From an uncultured virus (IMG/VR IMGVR_UViG_3300046474_000019) (Duplodnaviria > Heunggongvirae > Uroviricota > Caudoviricetes), in IMG/VR virus record IMGVR_UViG_3300046474_000019: DNA of 36,004 nt; one strand, written 5' to 3'. The notes beneath the pieces are model-generated. The model was not told the DNA's origin. It searched no databases and saw only the letters and a list, made by a program, of their open reading frames with translations. This document shows positions 23,927 through 31,993 of this stretch, piece after piece. How positions within the stretch are numbered: position 1 is the stretch's first letter; each line of letters starts with the position of its first letter. Position numbers and translations under genes: made by a program.

Positions 23927-25702
23927 TTACAGCGAACGTTGGCGAATCTCGTCGAGCGTTACACGTTTCAGGAACTTCCCGTCACGGTAGATCAGCTCCA
24001 GTTTGTTCTCAGGACGTTCTTCAACTTCCTGAGTGACGTTATCAGACAGCTCGAAACGTCGAGTACCATCTTCAAACTCAAACTCACCCACATACAGACG
24101 ACCTTTGGCAGACTTCTTCTTGCTGTCAGTCTTCGGGTCTTTGAAGATTGCCACTTCGTCACCATTGATGATCGAGTTGGTTGCCTTCACAGCAAAACCG
24201 AACACATCACGTGTTACACACTGGTAGGTGTAAGAACCCACGCCGAACACGACGTTTGCAGCAGCGTAGCCTTGTTCTTCCAGACGACGCAGAATCTCTT
24301 CAGCACGCTTGGTCGTAATACTGTCACCATAAATCAAACCGATGTGCGAGTCAAGCAGTTTGTGACCAGTTTCAGTGATAGTGCCACCGAAGGTTTTGTA
24401 CAGAGTGCGGATCGCACCAGCAACTACTTCGTATGGGTACACCACGTCAGTATCAATGCCGTAGCCAGTATCGGATACGCTCAAGTCATAGAACACACCA
24501 GCAATCTTGATGCAGTCTTTGCCTTTGAATTTTTCAAATCCTTTGTAGTCAATGAAATGGTAGGCATCGTTTTCACTTGCAAAGTCGATTGCTTTGCCAT
24601 CTTCACCCGCTACAGGCTTCATACCACAGATAACCAGTACAGGATCGCCAGAATCTGGACGTACTACCACTTTACCCGGTTGCAGGCCCAGTGGATCACG
24701 ACGCATGATCACTTCTTTCAGGTACGGATAACCGCGAGTCAACATACCCCAGAAGTCATAAGTGTCCGATACGTTCGACACGATACCGTTTGGCACAATG
24801 CGAGTGATCAGGTCATAAACGAACATCACCTCAGCAATCAGGCGGATTTCTTCATCAGCCTTAGCCATCTTGACGTAGATTTCACGTTGTTCTTCGCTTA
24901 CGAACTCGTACTCTTGCAGCATCAGCTCACGTTCAATCGAGATAATGTTGTTGGAAGTTACAGCGTGTTCTGTTGCTGGAACAGAGATACCGATCAAACC
25001 AGTTGCATCGTAGTAACGCTTAGCGTGACGAATAGCTGGCAGAGTATCAGTACCAACGAACTGTGTCAAGTGACCTACGCCCGAACGAGCAGCATCTTCG
25101 ATACCAGACATACCACGCATCGAGAAGTCGTGGCACATAACCGAGACAGCGAAGGCATCGTAGCAGCCAGTCAGCTTGGTGTAGTGTTCACAAATCTTGC
25201 GGTATTCACGTGCAATCGTTGCGTTGGTTGCAGTCTTCCAAGTGGTGGCAGACAGCGGAGTTTCATGGTAGTTCACCAACCAGAAGAACGCATCCAGAGT
25301 GTTGGTGACGGTCAAGACGGGAATACCCATCGGAACCAGCGAGCCTTCTGGCAGGGAGCGGAACTCCAGTGGCAGATAACCCAAGTCGTGCAGTGCAGCC
25401 ATTTGAGCCGAGGTAGGCAGGTCACGACCGAGATAACCTTGTAGGAACTCTTCGTATTCAGGGATCACTACAGCTTTTGGCTGAGAGAAGAAAGAACGTT
25501 CCCAGTTTTCGGTCAGCTCTTGAATAGCAGCCTGACCACCGACCCAAACCAGTTGGTTGTCGTAAAATGTAGTGCAGGAACGTTTATAGATTTTGTCAGT
25601 ACGTGGGGTAAGGTTGGAACCCACTTTGGAAGTACCGCGACGATACATTGGACCGTGACCCAGTTTGTAACCATCGGTAGCGAACATCATTTCAAAGAAC
25701 AT
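23927..25702 (-). CDS. Nicotinamide phosphoribosyltransferase-family enzyme (Nampt/NadV; likely NARP1 Namat)
   Basis: TDGYKLGH, HDFSMRG, SVPATEH, VSDTYD, VVRPDSGDP, LIYGDSI, FGVGS, KDPKTD.KKKSAKG. Confidence 0.92.
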   Translation of the reverse strand: MFFEMMFATDGYKLGHGPMYRRGTSKVGSNLTPRTDKIYKRSCTTFYDNQLVWVGGQAAIQELTENWERSFFSQPKAVVIPEYEEFLQGYLGRDLPTSAQMAALHDLGYLPLEFRSLPEGSLVPMGIPVLTVTNTLDAFFWLVNYHETPLSATTWKTATNATIAREYRKICEHYTKLTGCYDAFAVSVMCHDFSMRGMSGIEDAARSGVGHLTQFVGTDTLPAIRHAKRYYDATGLIGISVPATEHAVTSNNIISIERELMLQEYEFVSEEQREIYVKMAKADEEIRLIAEVMFVYDLITRIVPNGIVSNVSDTYDFWGMLTRGYPYLKEVIMRRDPLGLQPGKVVVRPDSGDPVLVICGMKPVAGEDGKAIDFASENDAYHFIDYKGFEKFKGKDCIKIAGVFYDLSVSDTGYGIDTDVVYPYEVVAGAIRTLYKTFGGTITETGHKLLDSHIGLIYGDSITTKRAEEILRRLEEQGYAAANVVFGVGSYTYQCVTRDVFGFAVKATNSIINGDEVAIFKDPKTDSKKKSAKGRLYVGEFEFEDGTRRFELSDNVTQEVEERPENKLELIYRDGKFLKRVTLDEIRQRSL

Positions 25703-25735
25703 CGTGTTTCTCCTTTGTGTTTGTCTATGTGGGCC

Positions 25736-25764
25736 ATCTTACAGACTGGCCCGAATCATGTCAA
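25736..25764 (-). promoter_or_regulatory. sigma70 promoter with inverted repeat around -10
   Basis: TTGACA-17-TAAGAT; GGGCCA..TGGCCC. Confidence 0.8.
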
Positions 25765-25767
25765 CAG

Positions 25768-26517
25768 TTATTTAGGCTGCTCACAGTAGAACTTAGGGTC
25801 CATCACCAGCGGTGCATCCTGTGGTAGGAAGCATTGTGGAGCTTGAGCTTGCGATGGCACTTTCTGCTGAAGTTGTTGGTTCGCAAGGATGGTGTCCATC
25901 TTGGCTTCCAGATGCTTAGCCTCATTATTAGAGGTCAGAGCATCATAGATCATCATACCTCCGAACGCACCCAATGCACCACCCAGCATAGAGGTTCCCA
26001 TGCCGCTATTACCATAGTGATTGCCATAGTAGCCACCACCATAACCTCGATTGTATCCATTGTAGCCTCCATAGCTATTGCCATAATAATTGCGTTGAAT
26101 CACTGTCACATTACGTGGCTGTGAACGGTAGTTTGTCGGGCTCATAACCTTACGGACTGGAGGTTTGTAAGCTGGTGTAGAGCTTACACGCTTCTGAGAG
26201 AACCAACCACCAGAAGTGGTTGTGGTATTCTTAGGGCTAGGCGATAGGCTCGCACTTGGCCCGCTTTTCACCGTTTGGTTTGTAGCAGGACGACTGAAGC
26301 CCAAAGCTTTCAGACCCGGATTGCTTGACGTGCCCACGCTGCTCCGACTTGGAGCGGAAGGCTTTGGGGCGCTATAGCTACTCTTTGGTGTAGAGTAGGA
26401 AGAACGGGAACTTGAGAAGCTACTCCGTGAAGAAGAGACACGGCTGGCCGCATCAGCCTCAACAGCAATCATACCCACCATCAAGAAACCCATCATACCA
26501 GCCATAATCTTTTTCAA
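25768..26517 (-). CDS. Exported low-complexity Ser/Pro/Gly/Tyr-rich protein
   Basis: Signal peptide MKKIMAG...EADA; S-rich then YGG-rich segments; LGGALGAFGGMMIYDAL. Confidence 0.8.
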   Translation of the reverse strand: MKKIMAGMMGFLMVGMIAVEADAASRVSSSRSSFSSSRSSYSTPKSSYSAPKPSAPSRSSVGTSSNPGLKALGFSRPATNQTVKSGPSASLSPSPKNTTTTSGGWFSQKRVSSTPAYKPPVRKVMSPTNYRSQPRNVTVIQRNYYGNSYGGYNGYNRGYGGGYYGNHYGNSGMGTSMLGGALGAFGGMMIYDALTSNNEAKHLEAKMDTILANQQLQQKVPSQAQAPQCFLPQDAPLVMDPKFYCEQPK

Positions 26518-26531
26518 TTTGAAACTCCTAA

Positions 26532-26960
26532 TTAATCACAAGAAGAGGAAGAGCTGCTGCTAGAGCTGCTGTCACACGAAGAACTAGAGCTGCTGGACCC
26601 ACTATCACCACCCCAACTGGAATAGCTGCTGTAGCCATCATCACTGCTTCGACTGGAACGACTTGAACTGCTTCCCGAAGTGGAGCCAGAATACGACTTT
26701 GGCTTTGGCTTGTCAACAGGTTTTTGCTGAGACTTTGCAACTACTGGAACACCACGTGGGATTCCTGCGTTCACACGTACTTCCTGAATAGACTCAGCTC
26801 GCAGTTGATCCAGAGTGAATTCGGATACTTCTACCCGTGTCGGCTTAACTGCTGGCATTGGCGGCACTTGGTAGTGCCTGATAGGCTTCGGCTCACGCAC
26901 GATCAGCCAGATTAAGCCCAGAGTGGCAGCACCAATTGCAATCATAATCAAAATTTCCAT
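26532..26960 (-). CDS. Membrane-anchored protein with poly-Ser tail
   Basis: N-terminal TM; tail SSSSSSCDSSSSSSSSSSCD; GGAGG RBS. Confidence 0.8.
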   Translation of the reverse strand: MEILIMIAIGAATLGLIWLIVREPKPIRHYQVPPMPAVKPTRVEVSEFTLDQLRAESIQEVRVNAGIPRGVPVVAKSQQKPVDKPKPKSYSGSTSGSSSSRSSRSSDDGYSSYSSWGGDSGSSSSSSSCDSSSSSSSSSSCD

Positions 26961-26969
26961 GTAGCCTCC

Positions 26970-27857
26970 TTACAGTTTAACAACAGTGAGTTTAGAATGT
27001 GCCTGTTGTGGCAACGTGTCAGTGGTGTAGACATGATCAAACTCATCAGTCAGTACACCAACCCCTTTCGAGAAGATACCGTGTGTAACGGCCAGCTCAA
27101 TGGTGTAGTCCATCTTGCCTGTGTAGTAGCCCGGAGAGACACGCTCGATGGCACCCGCCACTTCAATGAAGGTACGGCCACCGTCACAGATATCGTCCAA
27201 CACCAACAACTTACTGCCGAGCGTCTGAAGAATCTCAGGGTTGAGAATGCTCATACCCAGAATCTTACCGTCAGACAGATTACGCTTCTTGTTGCAGTAC
27301 AGAACATCCTTGGCTCCAACCAGTTTGGCGAAGTCTTCGGTCTTCTTGGTAGCACCCATATCAGGAGCAACGATTGTCCAGTTGTGCCAGTCTTGTTTGA
27401 TGCCTTTGAAGGCGTCTTTCTGCTCAATGACGAAGCAGCGGTCCAAAGCAGCCACCAGAACAGGGCTGTGAGGGTCTACAACCGTCACTGTGGAGTATTT
27501 CATCGCATTGATGAGCTGAGCCACCACCTTCACGCTCAAAGCCTCTCCAGCGTTGCATACGCGGTCCTGACGGGCATACGGGAAGTATGGGATCAACAGG
27601 TCGATGTGTGCGAACGGATAGACACGCTTCAAGGCGTCAGTCGCCATGAACATTTGCATCAGATGGTCACTGGATTGAATCTTGGCAGTGAGGGTAACAG
27701 TAATCACGCCTTGTGCTTCCGTGGTGAACGGATTGAGACTGCCAGTGTTGATGTTCACACCCACTTCGCCACCGGGAAACTTCATGGTGCTGATAGACAC
27801 ACGCTGATTTTTGTTCTGGTTCAAAGTGTAGAACAGGTTTTCGTTAAACTCGGTCAT
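26970..27857 (-). CDS. Ribose-phosphate pyrophosphokinase-family enzyme (Prs-like; likely NARP1 Adps)
   Basis: FPGGE, PYFPYARQDR, VDPHS, VAPDMGA, VLDDICDGGRTF, VTHGIFS. Confidence 0.92.
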   Translation of the reverse strand: MTEFNENLFYTLNQNKNQRVSISTMKFPGGEVGVNINTGSLNPFTTEAQGVITVTLTAKIQSSDHLMQMFMATDALKRVYPFAHIDLLIPYFPYARQDRVCNAGEALSVKVVAQLINAMKYSTVTVVDPHSPVLVAALDRCFVIEQKDAFKGIKQDWHNWTIVAPDMGATKKTEDFAKLVGAKDVLYCNKKRNLSDGKILGMSILNPEILQTLGSKLLVLDDICDGGRTFIEVAGAIERVSPGYYTGKMDYTIELAVTHGIFSKGVGVLTDEFDHVYTTDTLPQQAHSKLTVVKL

Positions 27858-27886
27858 ATTCGACCCTCCTTTGTTTGTGTGGGGCC

Positions 27887-27916
27887 ATTCTGGCAGGAAT
27901 GGCCCCCTTCTGTCAA
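27887..27916 (-). promoter_or_regulatory. sigma70 promoter with perfect 10-bp inverted repeat overlapping -10
   Basis: TTGACA-18-CAGAAT; GGGGCCATTC..GAATGGCCCC. Confidence 0.7.
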
Positions 27917-27919
27917 GCG

Positions 27920-28315
27920 TTAAATAGAAACTTGAAATGCTTTACGCATATCATCCAACGCCTCTTGAGGCACGTCATGAATATTCACTCCACCACGACG
28001 ATTCTCTACGACGATGTACGTTACACGGTGTCCATACTTCTCAGCCAGCTTCCTGTAGTTTTTCAACGACTTGGAGGTTGGGAAAACGTTGGAGACGACG
28101 ACAGGCTCACCCTCGGCCATTGTAGCTTCCGTGTCACGCAGACACTGACGATAGGCATAAGCCATACGCTGCTCAGTCCAAAGGTATTCACCTTCTTCGG
28201 TGTACAGATACTTGTCATGCTCGTAGTGATTGCAGTCCAGAGCATCTGCCAGCGACTTAGCGAAGGTGGACTTGCCAGAACCCGGCAAGCCTCTAATCAG
28301 GTAAAGCATGCTCAT
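27920..28315 (-). CDS. P-loop kinase (polynucleotide-kinase-like, AAA_33)
   Basis: IRGLPGSGKSTFA, VVVSNVF, IHDVP. Confidence 0.85.
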   Translation of the reverse strand: MSMLYLIRGLPGSGKSTFAKSLADALDCNHYEHDKYLYTEEGEYLWTEQRMAYAYRQCLRDTEATMAEGEPVVVSNVFPTSKSLKNYRKLAEKYGHRVTYIVVENRRGGVNIHDVPQEALDDMRKAFQVSI

Positions 28316-28970
28316 ACTTAGTAGTCTCCCGTCCTAAATCAAAATCTGACTGAATCTTGTCTGCAACACTCAGTACAGTCTTGCCTACAAGTTCTTTATA
28401 ATGTTCAAAGCTTTTCCACTCATCAACTACGGCACGAAGGACTTGAATTTTACCAAGCTGCCAAGCCCTGTGGGCTTCTGTGGCAGTGGCATAGACGCCA
28501 AGATGTTTATTCTTTTCTCCAGTAAAACCTTCTGACACGAAAGGTTTTGAGTAGTCGTTGACCATATCCTTACCCGGTTTCCGTTTATGCACGCCCAATG
28601 GGTAGTCACCCTTAGACCTGCGTCTGTCCGTGAACAGAACGTTTATCTTTCGTGGTATAAACGCACAAGTCTCTGGAGAGTACAGCTTATTACCCGGATA
28701 CATCATATCCTTGTCCAAGTCAAGACCTTGCCACTGTTGGGACTCCATCCAAGTTTTGAATACTGAAAATACTAACCATTCTTCACAAACTGTAGAGTCT
28801 TTATATGCTTTACTGCCAGTTCTGTTTGTGTATGCCCTGCTGTAACACCGCTCAAGCATGCCCTTCCACTTTTGATAGAATGGGCAGATAATACGCTTAC
28901 CATCTACAGTCTCTTGCGTCAAATAGTCGGAGTCGTTAATCCCAACTCCGTATATCGGCCTACGCGGCAT
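28293..28970 (-). CDS. HNH homing endonuclease with AP2-like domain
   Basis: GVGINDS, WKGMLERCY, LDKD...YSPETCAFIP..IN, GDYPLGV, HLGVY..ATEAHRAW. Confidence 0.85.
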   Translation of the reverse strand: MPRRPIYGVGINDSDYLTQETVDGKRIICPFYQKWKGMLERCYSRAYTNRTGSKAYKDSTVCEEWLVFSVFKTWMESQQWQGLDLDKDMMYPGNKLYSPETCAFIPRKINVLFTDRRRSKGDYPLGVHKRKPGKDMVNDYSKPFVSEGFTGEKNKHLGVYATATEAHRAWQLGKIQVLRAVVDEWKSFEHYKELVGKTVLSVADKIQSDFDLGRETTKYEHALPD

Positions 28971-29856
28971 TACCATTGAAGTAACCCTCCAACCAAGTTT
29001 TTCGTTCCGCTTCAGTTTTAGATTTCCAGAATTCCTCACCTTGCTTCAAAATTTCATCAAAACAGTCGTAAAATTCTTCATCCAATCGTTGGCGGAACTC
29101 TACAGGGTCTTTGAATATGCTATCAATTTTCTTATCACCAAGACGCATTAGAGCTTTCTTGCTCAGGTAGTGTGGAGATTTGATCTTCATCACAGTTTCC
29201 CGTGTAGCAGCGTCAATCACCATCCAACCTTCGTGTCTGCACTCACGCACCATATGCCAGAGCTGTCCAAACGTCCCACGGAACACTTCTGGACGCAGGG
29301 CGCCCATGATGCCTGCCATCGTATCCAAACGAGCTTCTGGAACCATTTCAAAGGTATCCATATCACGTGCACCAATAAGCCATGCACCTTCATCCTCAGC
29401 CACGATGTGTGGGTCAGATGGATCGCAGATTTCAAACAGCAGAGTGTGAACACGTGCTGTACCGCGAACGAACGATTGGTTTGGAAGCGCTTCAATGTGC
29501 TTACGAGCCAGAACAGCGAAGTCCGAATCCAGCGAGCCAGTTGTCGAAACAATCAACTCGCCATTCCAGTAACGACATGCTGCCATGAAACCGTTCACTT
29601 TACGTGGAGCGATGATTGGGGTATCCATCATCAGGTTCACGCCAGCGTTGTTCTCTTTGTAGTTGAAGACCTTGGTGAAAGGCCAGATGACCTTGGTTCC
29701 ATCGTCAGCCAGCACCATGCCACGAGCTTCTAGCAGCAGAGGATTGGTGTTCCACAGGGCTTTGTAGAACACTTCACGGGAATACTTGAAAACGGAAAGA
29801 CCGTTGTCGTAGCGCTTTTGTTTTACCAGCCCTTGGTCAATCAGTTCTTGAAACAT
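28960..29856 (-). CDS. RNA ligase (Rnl1-like)
   Basis: LEARG, FTKVFNY, motif I KVNG, TLLFEI, EGWMV, KIKSPHY. Confidence 0.85.
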   Translation of the reverse strand: MFQELIDQGLVKQKRYDNGLSVFKYSREVFYKALWNTNPLLLEARGMVLADDGTKVIWPFTKVFNYKENNAGVNLMMDTPIIAPRKVNGFMAACRYWNGELIVSTTGSLDSDFAVLARKHIEALPNQSFVRGTARVHTLLFEICDPSDPHIVAEDEGAWLIGARDMDTFEMVPEARLDTMAGIMGALRPEVFRGTFGQLWHMVRECRHEGWMVIDAATRETVMKIKSPHYLSKKALMRLGDKKIDSIFKDPVEFRQRLDEEFYDCFDEILKQGEEFWKSKTEAERKTWLEGYFNGNAA

Positions 29857-29857
29857 T

Positions 29858-30328
29858 TCAAACTCCTTTCAGTTTTCCGTAGAATTCTAGTTCAGCCGAC
29901 TCACGAGCGGCAATCGCGTCTTCCTTCTCTACAAAGAAACCAAGGCGCTTTCGCTTCTTGTTCTGGTAGATATAGGCTTCCCACTTCTCTTTCTCAGTGT
30001 TCCACATTACGCCAGCTTTTCCAGACGTGTTGTTGCTGCGGAGGCGAGTATTATACGCTTGGACACTTCTGTCAAGCTCCCAATAGCAATTATCTCGCCC
30101 GTAGCCTTTATTCACGTCCCTGCGTTCGATTGTGGCGCCTTCTGGTCGTGGCCCCATATCACCAATGAAAGAGGAAAAGTTGTGCCGCCAGTCGTGCGAC
30201 ATGACGATACCACGTTCCCCGTAATCCTTGTATTGGGCACAGCCTTCATCATAGCACCGTTTTACGATACTCGCCCACACTTGGTACTCGGCAGTATAGC
30301 GTTGACCGTGCTGCTCATACGCTTTCAT
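29858..30328 (-). CDS. HNH homing endonuclease with AP2 domain
   Basis: YGERGI, DMGPRP..TIERRDVNKGY..DNC.W, NNTSG..GV, RLGFF..KEDAIAAR. Confidence 0.88.
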   Translation of the reverse strand: MKAYEQHGQRYTAEYQVWASIVKRCYDEGCAQYKDYGERGIVMSHDWRHNFSSFIGDMGPRPEGATIERRDVNKGYGRDNCYWELDRSVQAYNTRLRSNNTSGKAGVMWNTEKEKWEAYIYQNKKRKRLGFFVEKEDAIAARESAELEFYGKLKGV

Positions 30329-30894
30329 TCCCGCTGCCCGTCGTGGTGATCAACAACAGTGAACTCCTGCTTTGCCATATGGATTTTAATCTCGGCAAGA
30401 GAGAACACTTGGCGGTCTGGATGATTATCGATGCCCACGTCCAGACGACGACCACGTGGTTTCATGCTGCCATGCGAATGACCGTGCAAATGCCATGCAC
30501 CGTGGTGTGCCTTGTTCCAAGTCTCCATTGGATAGTGGAACATACAAATCTTGGTACGCTCGACAGTGATTTCCTTGTAGTGGCAAATCTCCTTCACGTG
30601 CGGCAGGTTAGCACGCTCGATCAGTTCCCACAGACCATCTTGACAGTGGTTGCCACGGATGAACGTGATGTTGCCGTTCAGTTCCTTGATCACTTCCAGA
30701 GTCTTCTGCAAGCCTTTCGAGCCAGCGAACACGAAGTCGCCCAAGTGGTATGCGTCGTCGTACAGGCCAACACGGCTGTTCCAGCGAGTGATGATTTCCT
30801 CGCGTTGTTGCTCAAACGTCCAAGGACGACTGCAATATTCAATGATGTTTTTATGATCTACGTGCAGATCACTTGTGAACCAAACTTCACTCAT
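30325..30894 (-). CDS. Calcineurin-like metallophosphoesterase
   Basis: FTSDLH, HLGDF, RGNH, HYP, LHGHSH, DVGID. Confidence 0.9.
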   Translation of the reverse strand: MSEVWFTSDLHVDHKNIIEYCSRPWTFEQQREEIITRWNSRVGLYDDAYHLGDFVFAGSKGLQKTLEVIKELNGNITFIRGNHCQDGLWELIERANLPHVKEICHYKEITVERTKICMFHYPMETWNKAHHGAWHLHGHSHGSMKPRGRRLDVGIDNHPDRQVFSLAEIKIHMAKQEFTVVDHHDGQRE

Positions 30895-31057
30895 TCTCTT
30901 CTCCTTTAAAATGTTCTAACAGCCAATTGGCTTTCCAGACAACTTCTTCTAAGCGCTCCATCAGGTCAGGTCGTGCCCGTAGGGGATCAATATTATCCAG
31001 AAGGATACAAATCTCTCCGTTGGCATTCTCGATCTTCTGCCGCAGGTAATCACTCAT
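30887..31057 (-). CDS. Small hypothetical protein (56 aa, not in ORF track)
   Basis: AGGAG RBS; MSDYLRQKIENANGEICILLDNID... Confidence 0.6.
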   Translation of the reverse strand: MSDYLRQKIENANGEICILLDNIDPLRARPDLMERLEEVVWKANWLLEHFKGEENE

Positions 31058-31496
31058 AATAAACTCCTGTTACCAAAATTGTCAATTGACGTGGATACTT
31101 TACCAAGCCTTTGGCATTACCACTTTTGATGCTCTCCACCATATTGGCCATAGTATCGCAGATTTTCACTTCTCGTACAAGAGCAGCACCTACAATCGTT
31201 TCCATGTACTCTTTATAGGAGCGGCCACTACGCTTAGTTAGCCCTAAGACGGAGTAGGCAACAGCAGTGCCAAACTCACGCTCGATCACACGATACTCTG
31301 TATCAGTGTCTTCTAGAACGTCGTGCAACCATGCGATGGCAATCAGAGTGGACAGCAACGGATGACCTTGATTACGCTTATTGACATTCTCCACAACCTG
31401 ACGCAGGTGGTAGGTGTACTCCTTGTCACCATATTTCTGGCCTTTGTGTTTCTCAGTTGCAAAGGCTTCTGCACGTTTCTCAAGGTCTAACGACAT
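31050..31496 (-). CDS. HD-domain hydrolase (SpoT/Mesh1-like small alarmone hydrolase)
   Basis: HKGQKY..Y.YHL..V, AWLHDVLEDT, LTK, VKICD..AN. Confidence 0.85.
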   Translation of the reverse strand: MSLDLEKRAEAFATEKHKGQKYGDKEYTYHLRQVVENVNKRNQGHPLLSTLIAIAWLHDVLEDTDTEYRVIEREFGTAVAYSVLGLTKRSGRSYKEYMETIVGAALVREVKICDTMANMVESIKSGNAKGLVKYPRQLTILVTGVYYE

Positions 31497-31520
31497 ACGG
31501 TTCTCCTAAATTTCAGGGAT

Positions 31521-31545
31521 AAAGAAGCCCGCCTTGTGGGCGGGC
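31521..31545 (-). terminator. Rho-independent terminator
   Basis: GCCCGCC-CACAA-GGCGGGC-TTCTTT on - strand. Confidence 0.75.
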
Positions 31546-31551
31546 AGTCAT

Positions 31552-31983
31552 TTAAGCTTCTGGTTCGATCAGAGCCAGAACTGTGGCGTTCAAAGGCTTG
31601 ACCATAACGTCTTGAGTTACAACGTTACCCTTGCGGGTGACGGAGAATTTAACCTTCTGTACCAGCTTAGAAGCGATAGCCAGATTCACACCGATAGGCG
31701 AGAAGCCTTGCTGTAGGCTGACACCTTTAGGCAGTGTCATGCTCAGGGTCAAGTCTTCGTTCTGGTAAACCTCCCATTGGTGCTGCTGGAGGTTGTGCAT
31801 GCGGATAGCCACACCCATGCTCAAGTAACGGTTGCCCTGATGTTCACGATGATTGGTTACGAACCGGCCAGTCTTAGAAGTTTCATCGAGGCGGTAGCCT
31901 AGTGCGTACATGAAGTTCAGCACAGAGCGTACTTGGATAACGGTTGTGTCAACCTTTTGGAATTCTTGAGTTTCTTGAGTCAT
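31552..31983 (-). CDS. Conserved hypothetical phage protein
   Basis: AAGGAG RBS before MTQETQ. Confidence 0.7.
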   Translation of the reverse strand: MTQETQEFQKVDTTVIQVRSVLNFMYALGYRLDETSKTGRFVTNHREHQGNRYLSMGVAIRMHNLQQHQWEVYQNEDLTLSMTLPKGVSLQQGFSPIGVNLAIASKLVQKVKFSVTRKGNVVTQDVMVKPLNATVLALIEPEA

Positions 31984-31993
31984 ATTTCTCTCC

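Noticed and set aside
23939..25444. 501 aa + strand ORF
   Set aside because: Antisense shadow of the Nampt-like gene; no motifs. Typical of codon bias on the opposite strand.
26540..26690. Short GCT/ACT-rich tandem repeats
   Set aside because: Explained by poly-Ser codons of the 26532..26960 protein.
26997..27923. 308 aa + strand ORF
   Set aside because: Antisense to the Prs-like gene.
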